From Candidatus Bathyarchaeia archaeon (lineage in GTDB: Archaea; Thermoproteota; Bathyarchaeia; Bathyarchaeales; DTEX01), in assembly GCA_038868075.1 (NCBI GenBank), contig JAWBXB010000001.1, positions 2,872 to 66,871 on the forward strand: 64,000 nucleotides of DNA, read 5' to 3'. Made by a program: the position numbers and the translations under genes. Shown one piece after another: positions 38,413 through 48,445 of this stretch. The notes beneath the pieces are model-generated. The model had not been told where the DNA came from and searched no databases. It saw nothing but the letters and a program-made list of their open reading frames with translations. The number at the start of each line of letters is the position of its first letter. Position 1 is the first letter of the stretch.

Positions 38413-39075
38413 GTAATCTTTAATGAAGGAAAAGTCTATTAGAACATGAACCCTTTCTTTTTCTTTACTTCAATTTTCTTTCTTCTCTTTCTGCATTGTT
38501 TTTGTAATTATTTGCTTAAATGATTCAAATTCCTTTTTTCAATTCCTTAGACATAAAAAACGTGAGTTTCAACACCGTCTGATATTGAAAATAAAAGGCA
38601 TCAGTGCCCCTCCCAAAGATATGGCTCCAGGATTTTCCAGGGGCATAGTAAGAACCTAGTGATATGATTTTCCAAACATGCCATGCTCCTGAAGAGATAT
38701 TAACCGCTGATTTGTTAAAACAAGATCCCTGAAACTTTCTTCTTTACCTCCGTCATTTTTCGCATTCTAAACGCGCCTTTCTCCACAATTCTTTCCCGAA
38801 TTTCATAATCTCCATGCCACGAAGTGATTACTTTTCGCCTTTCTCAAAAATTATTGATGATTGCCAATTACCTGACATCAAATCACCAATAAATAAGTTA
38901 AGTTATTGATGAAATTATGTTTAAGATTTATGAATTAAGAAAAATATTACTTAGACCTCTATCATTCTTTCTAAAACCTCAAATATTCCATCTACAAAAG
39001 GAAGACGGCGAACAAAACATAGTTTTCTCAGACTTATTTAAGGTTCACTTAAATATCAAGATGAATGTTACTTAA

Positions 39076-39735
39076 CTATTCTTCCTGCGCCTTCTCAGCC
39101 AATTTAACTTCAAACTCCTCTATTGGAATTGAGAGATCCCCCTCGTATGGAATCTCCCCTCTCTCACGTAGAATTTGCCTAGCTAAAAGCCAATATATCA
39201 CTGCAAGGGATCTTCTACCTTTATTATTCGTAGGTATGACTAAATCTATATTTGTAAAATCATTGTCCGTACTGCATAAGGCCACTATTGGTATTCCAAT
39301 GTCAGTCGCCTCTCTGATAGCTTGCGCATCCGCCCTCGGATCTGAAACCAATATAACATTCGGTTCAATTCTGCCGGGATAAAGCGGGTTCAATAATAAA
39401 CCTGGGATGAACCGTCCAATGACTGGTGTTGCCCCCGTAACCTCACAAAACTTTGCAACAGGCTCCCTAGCGTAAAGCCTAACCGCTGTAGCCGCAATTT
39501 TAGGTGGATCAAACCTGCTAAGAAACTTTGCGGCAATTCTTATCCTTTCATCGATCTTCTTTATATCTAACACAAAAAGTCCATCGCCTCTAACCTTATA
39601 AATGAAGGGTTCCATATCCTTAGTCTTAATCTTTGTTCCAATATGTACTCCTGCTGATAATAAAATGTCTTGCGGCAATAACAGCGCTTCAGTCACTGCG
39701 CCAGTTTCACTTTCAGTTTTCTCTTTTGATGACAA
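39076..39735 (-). CDS. rps2: Ribosomal protein uS2
   Basis: LLSAGVHIGTKIKTKDMEPFIYKVRGDGLFVLDI...VSDPRAD..AI.EA..IGIP. Confidence 0.95.
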   Translation of the reverse strand: MSSKEKTESETGAVTEALLLPQDILLSAGVHIGTKIKTKDMEPFIYKVRGDGLFVLDIKKIDERIRIAAKFLSRFDPPKIAATAVRLYAREPVAKFCEVTGATPVIGRFIPGLLLNPLYPGRIEPNVILVSDPRADAQAIREATDIGIPIVALCSTDNDFTNIDLVIPTNNKGRRSLAVIYWLLARQILRERGEIPYEGDLSIPIEEFEVKLAEKAQEE

Positions 39736-39748
39736 AACATTTTCCTCC

Positions 39749-40999
39749 CTAAATTTTCAGCCTAGACATTTTAGCTTTTTCGCCCAGAATCTCCTCGATA
39801 TATATAAGTTCATTTATCTTCGCCACACGTTCCCCTCCAAGAACCCCAGTTTTTATTATTGGGCAGCTGAAGCCAACAGCTAAGTGGGCAATATGGTAGG
39901 AGGTTGTTTCACCAGATCTATGCGATACTATTGGCACATACCCGCTCTCTTTGGCAAGCTTCGTCGTTCTCCACGCATCAGTTAATGTTCCAACCTGGTT
40001 CACTTTAATTATTATTGCATTCCCAGCCTTATTCGCCACACCAATGTTAAGGCGCTTCTCGTTTGTAACGAATAAATCATCACCACATATTAGGCAGCCC
40101 TTAACTTTTGATGTCAGCTCCCTAAAGCTTTCAAAATCCTCCTCATGAAATGGATCCTCAACATAAATGAGCTTATAGTTCTCAATTAAACCCAAGATAT
40201 ACTCAAGCTGTTCACCCGGATCTCTCTCAACACCCTCGCTTTTATATACGTAACGCTGCTTCTTCTCGTCCCAGAGTGATGAGGAAGCAATATCTAAGCC
40301 GACCCTGCATTCAAAGCCAACTTCATTAGAAACTTCCTCACATGCCTTTGAAACAACCTCTAAAGCTTTATCATTTGATATGTTCGGAGCCCAAGCTCCC
40401 TCATCTCCTCTCCCGCCAGTAAAATATGGATCAACTTTGATAAGTAAATCTCTCAATCTTCTATGAACCTTAACGTTAGCCTCAGCAGCAGACATAAATG
40501 TTTTAGCTCCAATTGGCAAGACCAGAAACTCCTGTATATCCGGAACCTTGCCTAAAGCATGTTTTCCCCCACCCAAAACATTTCCAAGTGGATAGGGCAA
40601 ATAACACGCTAGATAACCGCCCAAATACTGGAATAACGGCATATTATATGAGTTGGCAGCAGCATCAGCGACAGCTAAAGATATAGCGTAGGCAGTGTTT
40701 CCACCAATATTCATGAAGATTTCAGTTCCATCAAGCTCATGAAGAAGATTATCTATTTTCTCCTGTTCATCAGCACTCATCCCAATAAGCTCAGGTGCAA
40801 TGAGCTCCTCAACTTTTCTAATTGCTTCATCGACCCCTCCGGGCGGATATGCTACTGCCTCAGCTTTACCCCTACTTGCACCACTAGGAGCAGACGCTAT
40901 ACCGAAGCCATCACTTGTAGTCACCTCAACCTCTATTGTTGCTTCTCCCCTACTGTTTAGAATCTTCCTAGCCTTTACATCCTCAATTATAGTTGACAA
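39749..40999 (-). CDS. eno: Enolase
   Basis: ILNSRGEATIEVEV...SAPSGASRG..EA...KVNQVGTLT...SHRSGET. Confidence 0.95.
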   Translation of the reverse strand: MSTIIEDVKARKILNSRGEATIEVEVTTSDGFGIASAPSGASRGKAEAVAYPPGGVDEAIRKVEELIAPELIGMSADEQEKIDNLLHELDGTEIFMNIGGNTAYAISLAVADAAANSYNMPLFQYLGGYLACYLPYPLGNVLGGGKHALGKVPDIQEFLVLPIGAKTFMSAAEANVKVHRRLRDLLIKVDPYFTGGRGDEGAWAPNISNDKALEVVSKACEEVSNEVGFECRVGLDIASSSLWDEKKQRYVYKSEGVERDPGEQLEYILGLIENYKLIYVEDPFHEEDFESFRELTSKVKGCLICGDDLFVTNEKRLNIGVANKAGNAIIIKVNQVGTLTDAWRTTKLAKESGYVPIVSHRSGETTSYHIAHLAVGFSCPIIKTGVLGGERVAKINELIYIEEILGEKAKMSRLKI

Positions 41000-41004
41000 T
41001 TATA

Positions 41005-41223
41005 TTACTCCTCCTCAGACTCAAACCTCTTCTCATAAAATTTTATGATCTCATCTATTATTTCAACATGTGATAAAAGCATACGCCTACAGCAATATCG
41101 AGTTAAACCTAAACTATCTAAAACTTTCCCCGGATTCTCTCCACTCTTAACTCTCTTAGCAAACTCCTCCCATTTATCTCCTATAAGTTTTCCACATGTG
41201 AAGCATCTAACTGGAATTATCAT
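41005..41223 (-). CDS. rpoN: DNA-directed RNA polymerase subunit N (Rpo10)
   Basis: [21 protein letters not shown]...[12 protein letters not shown]. Confidence 0.9.
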   Translation of the reverse strand: MIIPVRCFTCGKLIGDKWEEFAKRVKSGENPGKVLDSLGLTRYCCRRMLLSHVEIIDEIIKFYEKRFESEEE

Positions 41224-41255
41224 ACCGTCATCCTTCCCTAAAGTTAATGTGAAGT

Positions 41256-41675
41256 TTACCTATAACTCTTCTGGTCTCTAGCCCTTGCCCCTGGACCGCC
41301 AAATTTCTTCGGCTCCTTCCTCCTAGGGTCACCAGCTATCAATGTCCTGTCAAGTTTGAGGAAGGTTGATTTAAGATGAGCGCTTTTAGTCCATTTGACA
41401 AGCGCTCTAGCAATAGCCATTCGCGCAGCTTCAGCCTGACCCATAAAGCCGCCGCCCCTAACCTTAACATTTATATCTAAACCCCTCCAAACCTCCTCCC
41501 CAGTCTCTATGAGGGGTTCAAGAATCTTTAAACGTGCAACTTCAGGCTCATATATCTCTAGCGGCACATTATTTATTCGTATTCTACCCATTCCAGGCTT
41601 AACGATAGCCTTTGCAACAGCGGTCTTTCGCTTCCCGCTCACAACCAAAACCTTCTTTGAAGATTGGCTTGACAT
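41256..41675 (-). CDS. rps9: Ribosomal protein uS9
   Basis: [11 protein letters not shown]...GGG..GQAEAAR.AIARAL; C-terminus ...QKSYR. Confidence 0.95.
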   Translation of the reverse strand: MSSQSSKKVLVVSGKRKTAVAKAIVKPGMGRIRINNVPLEIYEPEVARLKILEPLIETGEEVWRGLDINVKVRGGGFMGQAEAARMAIARALVKWTKSAHLKSTFLKLDRTLIAGDPRRKEPKKFGGPGARARDQKSYR

Positions 41676-41697
41676 TTAAACTTCACCATCCCCTCCC

Positions 41698-42150
41698 TCA
41701 TCCCTCAATATACTGTGACAATTCAGAAACAGTTATGTAGGGGCCGCTCAGTCTTCTAACATCAGCTTCCGGAATCGTTTCTAATCTCATCCCTTTGAGA
41801 TTTTCCGGAATACTCACATACACTCTTAATCTCTTTAGGGCTTCTCTCCCACGAGGACTCTTATATGGTAGCATACCCCGTATAGCTCTCTTAACTATTC
41901 GACCCGGACGTCTAGGATGAAGGGGACCTTTTCCAGGATGACCTATTTGAAGATATTTATGCGCCGCCTTAATTATACTATATTTATTGCCTGATATAAC
42001 TGCGTCACCTGCATTAACTATGATGATTTTCTCGCCATTGAGAAGTCTCTTAGCTACAACACTAGCCATTCTCCCAAGAATTAATCCTTTCGCATTAATT
42101 ACTGTTATATTTTTATTGCCTTTCTGCCCGCTCACCGAACTCTCACCCAA
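41698..42150 (-). CDS. rpl13: Ribosomal protein uL13
   Basis: VINAKGLILGRMASVVAKRLLNGEKIIIVNA... pattern. Confidence 0.95.
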   Translation of the reverse strand: MGESSVSGQKGNKNITVINAKGLILGRMASVVAKRLLNGEKIIIVNAGDAVISGNKYSIIKAAHKYLQIGHPGKGPLHPRRPGRIVKRAIRGMLPYKSPRGREALKRLRVYVSIPENLKGMRLETIPEADVRRLSGPYITVSELSQYIEG

Positions 42151-42511
42151 TTATTTTAACATTCGAGCCTTTAGGATTCAATTTTATGAGCTCAGGTATG
42201 GATAAACATTTCCCCTTAGCTCCAATTATTTTTTGACGCGCCCGCTCCGAAAAATCCAGAGCCGCTACCTTAACCGGATGCTTAATTAATCCAGCCCCTA
42301 AAACTTTCCCTGGAACAATAACTTCATCCCCTTCACACGTATAGCGGTTTATACGACTCACATTGACAGCTATTCTTTTTCTTCTGGGCTTAGATAAATG
42401 TTCAGCTACTGATCTCCATATATTAGCCTCATTCTCCTTAGCAGCCTTCCTAAGCAAACGTATTAAACTTATAAGCTCAGGATTTGTTGCCCTAATCTTT
42501 TTTCGGCTCAT
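42143..42511 (-). CDS. rpl18e: Ribosomal protein eL18 (L18e)
   Basis: TNPELISLIRLLRKAAKENEANIWRSVAEHLSKPRRKRIAVNVSRI... Confidence 0.9.
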   Translation of the reverse strand: MSRKKIRATNPELISLIRLLRKAAKENEANIWRSVAEHLSKPRRKRIAVNVSRINRYTCEGDEVIVPGKVLGAGLIKHPVKVAALDFSERARQKIIGAKGKCLSIPELIKLNPKGSNVKIIG

Positions 42512-43322
42512 TCACTAATCCCTCAAGTAAATTCATGAATTCCATAAACTTTTCTTCATAGATTTTTAAGGCCTCAAATATTATGCGTTCAACTGACAGA
42601 GAACCTACTGATTCAACATAAAAAATAAAGACACTATCATCCCAGCTTATTTGTATTGGAGGAGGTTTAACATCACAAACCTTAATACAGTCCGTACATA
42701 GTATACATTCCATTTCCCTTGCAACCACTACTTTTCCATCTTCCTCTACAAAAACCCTTCTTGGACAAATTTCAGCACATTTTCCACATGCATTACATCT
42801 TGAATAATCAATTCTCACTATTGGTTTATATCTGTATGTGCATGCCGAAACGGGCTGCCATTTTGCATGAACTTTACCTCTACCAAGCTTTGCATATGCT
42901 TCAAGCCTTATCCTCTGTCCCCTCGCAAGCTTAACTATTGGAATTCTATCGCTTATGGGAGCGATATTCGGGTTCTCAGGTATTAAATCGCCTGAATAAA
43001 CTGTGCGAACTCCGCTATCAGCTTTAACATCAAGTGTTAGAATAGCCCTACATAGGGGACAGCCAAGCTCGCTTTTACAACTACATTTCTCAGGTAGATT
43101 ATATGAGTCTAAGTCTGTTTTAAGGGGGATTAATCCAAGTCTTAATGCAAGCATCTCATCATGCAAAACCGACGAATTCTCATATATTACGACATCATCT
43201 ATCGCCATTGTTGGAACTTCCGATAGAATTATTCTCCTAAGCGTATTCGCCAGTGGAGCATTTATACCCTCAACTATAAAATGCGCCGTTAAATTATCTT
43301 TCTTAAGCAACTTCACACGCAT
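42492..43322 (-). CDS. rpoD: DNA-directed RNA polymerase subunit D (Rpo3) with 4Fe-4S-type Cys cluster domain
   Basis: ANTLRRIILSEVPTMAIDDV.. dimerisation domain, and CNACGKCAEICP / CILCTDCIKVC. Confidence 0.9.
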   Translation of the reverse strand: MRVKLLKKDNLTAHFIVEGINAPLANTLRRIILSEVPTMAIDDVVIYENSSVLHDEMLALRLGLIPLKTDLDSYNLPEKCSCKSELGCPLCRAILTLDVKADSGVRTVYSGDLIPENPNIAPISDRIPIVKLARGQRIRLEAYAKLGRGKVHAKWQPVSACTYRYKPIVRIDYSRCNACGKCAEICPRRVFVEEDGKVVVAREMECILCTDCIKVCDVKPPPIQISWDDSVFIFYVESVGSLSVERIIFEALKIYEEKFMEFMNLLEGLVNEPKKD

Positions 43323-43418
43323 GACTTAATCCTCTTCTCCTCACGCAAACTAGAGTAATTTTTCCACATAAAGATTAGAGAGCTATTTCAATTTTTCTCC
43401 AAGATAAATCTCATAAAC

Positions 43419-43817
43419 CTATACTCTTCTACCCCTACGTCCACCCTTACGCCTGGTTCCATCATGCGGCAGAGGCGTAACCTCCTCTATACGCCCAATC
43501 ATTTTAAAGCCAGCCCTAGCCAATGCCCTAATAGCAGCCTGCGCTCCAGGACCAGGAGTTCTCGGTCCCGATCCTCCTGGGGCGCGAACCTTTATATGTA
43601 TAGCTGTTATCCCCTTATCTTTAGCTATCTGCGCCGCGTATGCCGCTGCTCTCATTGCTGCATATGGTGAGGACTCCTGCCTATCGGCTTTAACAAACAT
43701 CCCACCTGAAGCCCTCGCAATTGTTTCTGCTCCGGAGAGATCAGTTATATGGACTATCGTATTATTATATGAACTGTATATGTGGGCAACCCCCCATTTC
43801 TCCTCCTTCCTACTCAT
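43419..43817 (-). CDS. rps11: Ribosomal protein uS11
   Basis: [19 protein letters not shown]...PYAAM.AA...; C-terminus [14 protein letters not shown]. Confidence 0.95.
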   Translation of the reverse strand: MSRKEEKWGVAHIYSSYNNTIVHITDLSGAETIARASGGMFVKADRQESSPYAAMRAAAYAAQIAKDKGITAIHIKVRAPGGSGPRTPGPGAQAAIRALARAGFKMIGRIEEVTPLPHDGTRRKGGRRGRRV

Positions 43818-43822
43818 TAATC

Positions 43823-44365
43823 TTACCTCCCACCTGTTTTAGGCGCAGTCTCTAAAGATAACCTTAATGGATGCTCTGGATTATTTAGTGAACTTGTAGG
43901 CGCATATGTTACATTATCTTCCTCTTCCTTAGTAACAAGGTAGCTTGGTGAAAAAATTATTCTACCGTTAACCGCTATATGTCCATGAGTTATTAATTGC
44001 CGGGATTGATAAATAGTCTTGGCCAAACCCTTCCTAAAGACTATTGTCTGTAACCTCCTCTCCAAAATATCTTCAATGGTCATATCTAAAACGTCATCCA
44101 ACACTGCATGTTCGGACAGAATCCCCAAACGCTTCAATTTCCCCAGAAGCTTAGATTCGAGCTTAACCCTCTCTTCAGCTGGCATACTCAATATGGATCT
44201 TGCTATACTTCTAAACTTTGAGAGCATCGTCTTATGACGCCAAAGCTCACGCTTATTTCTCAAACCATACTGTCCAAGCAAAACAAGCTCATTTTGAAGA
44301 ATATCACTTCTCCAGGGGAACCTTGGGGACTCATATTTCTTCTTCGGTTTCTTCGGATCACCCAT
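43823..44365 (-). CDS. rps4: Ribosomal protein uS4
   Basis: [18 protein letters not shown]...; S4 domain HGHIAVNGR. The ATG at 44365 is preferred over the track's GTG at 44374. Confidence 0.95.
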   Translation of the reverse strand: MGDPKKPKKKYESPRFPWRSDILQNELVLLGQYGLRNKRELWRHKTMLSKFRSIARSILSMPAEERVKLESKLLGKLKRLGILSEHAVLDDVLDMTIEDILERRLQTIVFRKGLAKTIYQSRQLITHGHIAVNGRIIFSPSYLVTKEEEDNVTYAPTSSLNNPEHPLRLSLETAPKTGGR

Positions 44366-44370
44366 AAATG

Positions 44371-44820
44371 TCACCTTCTCTTCTTTGAAACGCCCACAGT
44401 TTTACCGGTTCGGCCAGTCGTCCTAGTTCTCTGCCCACGAACCTTAAGTCCATAAGCATGTCGGTAACCGCGCCATGACCATATACTTTTCTCCCTTTCT
44501 ATATCAGCTTTAACCTGCAAATCAATATCTGAAGAAATTAAATGTCTATCTTTACCTGATTCTAAATCTTTACGGCGATTTAAAAGCCAGAATGGCACAT
44601 TATAATCGGCTAAATTCTTAATAATTTTCTCAATCTCCCCGATCTTTTCACTAGATAAGTAGCCTATTCTCATTTCAGGTGAGATTCCAACCTTCCTAGC
44701 TACTATAGTAGCCAATCTTATACCAACACCTTTAATATCACTTAGGGCATCTACTACCGTTTTTGTCCCATCTAAATCCCTATCTATTACTCGGACTATA
44801 TGCTTAAATTCCGTTGACAT
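44371..44820 (-). CDS. rps13: Ribosomal protein uS13
   Basis: FKHIVRVIDRDLDGTK...IKGVG...; C-terminal RTGKTVGVSKKRR. The ATG at 44820 is preferred over the TTG at 44847. Confidence 0.95.
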   Translation of the reverse strand: MSTEFKHIVRVIDRDLDGTKTVVDALSDIKGVGIRLATIVARKVGISPEMRIGYLSSEKIGEIEKIIKNLADYNVPFWLLNRRKDLESGKDRHLISSDIDLQVKADIEREKSIWSWRGYRHAYGLKVRGQRTRTTGRTGKTVGVSKKRR

Positions 44821-44945
44821 TACGTTACCTTCTATTATTCTTAGCAATTAAGAAAGGAAAACATATTTTTATTTAAACATATCGCTCCATAAATTTACCA
44901 AAAGACATAATTTGCTCCTAACAAAAGTAATATTGAGGGATAATT

Positions 44946-45176
44946 TTGGTCTCGGCATGTGTCTTGATAAGAACTGAGCATGGTAGATTCGAGGATGTTG
45001 TTAAAGTGGTAAGTCAGATAAGAGGCGTGAGAAGGGCTTTTCCAGTTTTAGGGAGATATGATGTTGTAGCGGAAGTTGAGGCAAGCAGCATGAAAGATCT
45101 CGGAGCAACTGTTCTCAGAATGGGCAGATTAAGTGGCGTGGTTTTCACGGAAACCCTTGTAGAAATAGAATACTAG
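44946..45176 (+). CDS. Stand-alone Lrp/AsnC ligand-binding (RAM) domain protein
   Basis: About 76 aa: CVLIRTEHGRFEDVVKVVSQIRGVRRAFPVLGRYDVVAEVEA... Confidence 0.7.
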   Translation: MVSACVLIRTEHGRFEDVVKVVSQIRGVRRAFPVLGRYDVVAEVEASSMKDLGATVLRMGRLSGVVFTETLVEIEY

Positions 45177-45189
45177 GTTGGGATAATGC

Positions 45190-45414
45190 ATGCTGAACGC
45201 ATGTATATTACTTAAGGTTGTTCCAACAAAAGCTGAAGCAATCTTAGAAGCTGTTAGAAAAGTTGATGGTGTTAAAAAGGCGTTTTTCACATATGGCAGA
45301 TTCGATATAGTTGTTTTTCTAGAATTAAAGGATTACGCTGAGCTACGAAGGGCAACAACCATAATAAACGGCATAAATGGTATAAGAAGCACGGAAACTC
45401 TTGTAGAGGCTTAA
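45190..45414 (+). CDS. Stand-alone Lrp/AsnC ligand-binding (RAM) domain protein (tandem paralogue)
   Basis: CILLKVVPTKAEAILEAVRKVDGVKKAFFTYGRFDIVVFLEL... Paralogous to the preceding ORF. Confidence 0.7.
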   Translation: MLNACILLKVVPTKAEAILEAVRKVDGVKKAFFTYGRFDIVVFLELKDYAELRRATTIINGINGIRSTETLVEA

Positions 45415-45486
45415 CCATAAAGTTAAATCACCCTTACCTTTATTTTCAATATATTATGCATATGCGCACATAATGGGCGTTTAAAG

Positions 45487-46305
45487 ATGATACTCTTCGT
45501 AGCATCCAAAGTTGATATAGCTGGCTTAAACATAGCTAATAAACTTATAGAGATATTTGGATTCAAAAAGAGCGACGAAAAATTCCTCGGAAACCCCGTA
45601 TATTTAAGGGATATTAAAGGCTCTGAAGGGGCCATGCTAATTTTAGTTGACAGAGAACCAATTGATACGCAGGATTTACCCTATCCAGAAAACTTAAGAA
45701 TAGTAATTTTTGTTTCAAGACATAGCAGTAAAAGTGGGACACCAACATTATCCGTTCATACGCCAGGGAACATTGGCGCCGCAGTACTCGGCGGAACCCC
45801 AAGGAAAGTATCGATTTCGCCAGCAAGCGCAATGAAAGCAGCATTAATTGAAATTAAGAGATCTCAGGAAGAAATGGATCTTCCTTATGAAGTATCTTAC
45901 GAATGCACACATCATGGTCCATCACTCGATATTCCAGCAATGTTCGTTGAGCTAGGCAGCTCTTTGAAGCAATGGCAAGATACTAAAGCCGCTGAAGCAG
46001 TTGCAAGGGGAGCTATGGCGGCAGCCGAAAATGAAAAGGTTTATCCAACAGCTTTGGGAATTGGCGGGCAGCATTATAACGAGAAGTTCACGCGTATTGC
46101 ATTAACAAGTGATATTGCTTTTGGACATATTATTCCTAAGTATGCTCTCCACGAATTCGATGAGGAGATGCTAACGCAATGTATAAGAAGAACAGCTGAG
46201 CGTATTGAAAAAATCATTCTTGATTGGAAGGGTATAAAAGGCGCTGATAGAGGCCCATTACTAAAAATTTTAGGAAATATTAGCTTAAAAATAGAGCGAG
46301 TTTAA
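45487..46305 (+). CDS. dtdA: D-aminoacyl-tRNA deacylase, archaeal type (DtdA)
   Basis: SKVDIAGLNIANKLIE.FGF...SRHSS.SG.PTLSVHTPGN...CTHHGPS...FVELGSS...LGIGGQHY...AFGHIIPKYA matches the Pyrococcus DTD2 layout as remembered. Confidence 0.8.
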   Translation: MILFVASKVDIAGLNIANKLIEIFGFKKSDEKFLGNPVYLRDIKGSEGAMLILVDREPIDTQDLPYPENLRIVIFVSRHSSKSGTPTLSVHTPGNIGAAVLGGTPRKVSISPASAMKAALIEIKRSQEEMDLPYEVSYECTHHGPSLDIPAMFVELGSSLKQWQDTKAAEAVARGAMAAAENEKVYPTALGIGGQHYNEKFTRIALTSDIAFGHIIPKYALHEFDEEMLTQCIRRTAERIEKIILDWKGIKGADRGPLLKILGNISLKIERV

Positions 46306-46346
46306 ATTAACAATACACAACCAAGAGTAGAACCTTTAATAGATCA

Positions 46347-47216
46347 CTACGCTGTTCTCTCTCGAACCTTAGCTTCTAATGCTAAAGCTTCAAAGTGGGC
46401 TTTCATTATTAGGTGGGGCAGTGCATCCGGTATAAAGGCTCCGCTATTTAGCGCCAAATTCCTGGCCTCAGATAATGCCCTCTGCAATAATAACACTATT
46501 GTTTCGGATGTTGGATAAGCTGAATTTAGAGCCAGATTCAAGGCTTGAGTGTAAGCTAGCTCAACATTCTTCCTATAATCCTCAAAGTTTATTTTCAGAT
46601 CATTTTCCGAGAGAATAACATTTGTGTCCATATCATATACAGTTTTAAGCGATAAACCAAGCTCTATCGGTTTAATACCAAGTTTAGAGAGAGCGGCTGC
46701 AAGGCTTTCATTTATGATTTCACCCTTTCTAGCCACAATCGTATCCCTGCTAACCCAAACGCTTCCGCCTTCAATACGCGTCGGTATACCTACAGCATTA
46801 AGCTGACTAATTATTGGACCCGGAGGGAGCCCGGTGTTGCCAGCTGGAACAATTATATCTTCAGTTGCAACATCACCAGCTTTAGCTGGCACCTTAACCT
46901 TACTTCTTTCAAGAATTAAGGCTAGCTTAAATGGATTATAGTTTGTGAACACATATACGTTTGAGCCTTGCATATATGCCTTAAGACTCTTAAGATTCGA
47001 TTCATTTAAAAACTCTCTAAGTGCACGCTCAACCAGAGTATTCTTGTAAACCTTTAAGTAAGCTATCCCCTCAATTTTTTTCTTTATCTCCTGCAGCTGT
47101 AATGCTCTAACCTTATGTAGGCTCGCAATCCCCAAAACACGATACTTTTCTAATTGACTTTTTATCTCCTCGACTTTTTCAGCCTTCTCAAGTAATGATT
47201 GACGTAGTTGAGCCAT
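46347..47216 (-). CDS. rpl10: Ribosomal stalk protein uL10 (P0), short form without acidic C-terminal tail
   Basis: KVEEIKSQLEKYRVLGIASLHKVRALQLQEIKKKI... Position after L11-L1. Ends ...ALEAKVRERTA with no Glu/Asp-rich tail. Confidence 0.85.
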   Translation of the reverse strand: MAQLRQSLLEKAEKVEEIKSQLEKYRVLGIASLHKVRALQLQEIKKKIEGIAYLKVYKNTLVERALREFLNESNLKSLKAYMQGSNVYVFTNYNPFKLALILERSKVKVPAKAGDVATEDIIVPAGNTGLPPGPIISQLNAVGIPTRIEGGSVWVSRDTIVARKGEIINESLAAALSKLGIKPIELGLSLKTVYDMDTNVILSENDLKINFEDYRKNVELAYTQALNLALNSAYPTSETIVLLLQRALSEARNLALNSGAFIPDALPHLIMKAHFEALALEAKVRERTA

Positions 47217-47221
47217 TAATG

Positions 47222-47881
47222 TTAGTCCTCCTCAATTTTAACCTTAACTGGTGGCCCCATAGATGCCTTAACATAGATTGAGGCTATATTTTTAATTCCC
47301 CTCTTAAGTTTTCCTTCAACCCTCTTGATAACAGCATCAATATTGTCAATTAATTCCTCATCACTCATATCTTCTGTACCAACACGACAACTTAAGACAG
47401 GCTGACCGCGAGTCCTAACCATAACAAGTCTTTTATGTCTCTCAATTTCACGCTCTATATCTGCGGTTGGAGGAATAGGCGTAGGCATCTTACCTCTAGG
47501 ACCAAGAATTGCACCAAAGATTTTGCCAACTATAGGCATGAGAGGAGCTGTTGCAATAAAGGAGTTCATTTGCTTCGCTATTTGTCTCTGTCTCTTTTTA
47601 TCACCCGCTAAACTCTCTATCTCCTCCCTCTCTAAGACCATATCTGCTCCAGCTTTTCTGGCCCTTAAAGCAGCATCACCCGAAGCAAAGACGCATACAC
47701 TGATTTTCTTCCTTGGAGAATGTGGCAATTCAATAACCTCTTGTATCCTATTCTCAGGTTTACTTATATCAACATCCTGAAGATTAATAATGAGCTCTAT
47801 TGATTGATTAAAATTTCTCTTTGGAGTCTTCTCTCTTAATTCTTTAAGGGCTTCTTTCAAATATTTTCTTTCTATTGACAT
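47222..47881 (-). CDS. rpl1: Ribosomal protein uL1
   Basis: NFNQSIELIINL.D.D...; PRGKMPTP. The ATG at 47881 (GAGGT upstream) is preferred over the TTG at 47920. Confidence 0.95.
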   Translation of the reverse strand: MSIERKYLKEALKELREKTPKRNFNQSIELIINLQDVDISKPENRIQEVIELPHSPRKKISVCVFASGDAALRARKAGADMVLEREEIESLAGDKKRQRQIAKQMNSFIATAPLMPIVGKIFGAILGPRGKMPTPIPPTADIEREIERHKRLVMVRTRGQPVLSCRVGTEDMSDEELIDNIDAVIKRVEGKLKRGIKNIASIYVKASMGPPVKVKIEED

Positions 47882-47934
47882 TTTTAGACTCAACCTCAGA
47901 GATGAGAAAAATAGAGACAATTAAAATAAAAATA

Positions 47935-48441
47935 TTATTGTCCCATGCCCTCAGCGCTTCTAATTATATCATCATATTTTCCTTCATCGATCTCTCTTAA
48001 AACAACTTTCGGATCTTTCCCCTCAATAGTAATACCCATGCTAACACAGCTACCAATAATCTCCTTAACGGAAGCTTTAAGACTTTTTGCTAAGAGACTG
48101 CTCCGCTTTATCTTTGCAATTTTTATGATCTGCATAATTGATAAGTTGCCAACTTTTTCAACATTAGGTTTACCCGAGCCCTTCTGTATGCCAGCTTCTT
48201 TAACTATTAAGGCCGAGGTTGTGGGTATACCAACTGACACTTCAAATGACTTTGTCTCCGGATCAACGATTACTTTAACTGGGACTTTCATGCCAGCATA
48301 TTCTTTTGTTAACTCATTAATCTTATTCACGACAGCGACAACATTAACACCTAATGGACCTAGAGCTGGTCCTATCGGTGGCCCCGCCGTTGCTTGCCCT
48401 CCGCTAACTACTAGATCAACAACTCTCTTCTCAGCTGGCAT
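47935..48441 (-). CDS. rpl11: Ribosomal protein uL11
   Basis: GGQATAGPPIGPALGPLGVNV. Confidence 0.95.
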   Translation of the reverse strand: MPAEKRVVDLVVSGGQATAGPPIGPALGPLGVNVVAVVNKINELTKEYAGMKVPVKVIVDPETKSFEVSVGIPTTSALIVKEAGIQKGSGKPNVEKVGNLSIMQIIKIAKIKRSSLLAKSLKASVKEIIGSCVSMGITIEGKDPKVVLREIDEGKYDDIIRSAEGMGQ

Positions 48442-48445
48442 ATTT

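Noticed and set aside
38440-38560. Sequences resembling the start of the CRISPR repeat (acttcaattttctttcttctc; ttttttcaattccttag), considered as stray or degenerate repeats or a mini-array.
   Set aside because: Similarity is limited to about 9-13 nt of low-complexity T/C-rich sequence. There is no GTGAGATTC half and no regular spacing.
38855-38912. Possible C/D-box sRNA: TGATGA at about 38855, CTGA 11 nt later, and a second TGATGA at about 38907.
   Set aside because: Spacing between the D' and C' boxes (about 31 nt) is wrong. No terminal D box (CTGA) follows the second guide region, and there is no terminal stem. It is most likely a chance occurrence in AT-rich DNA.
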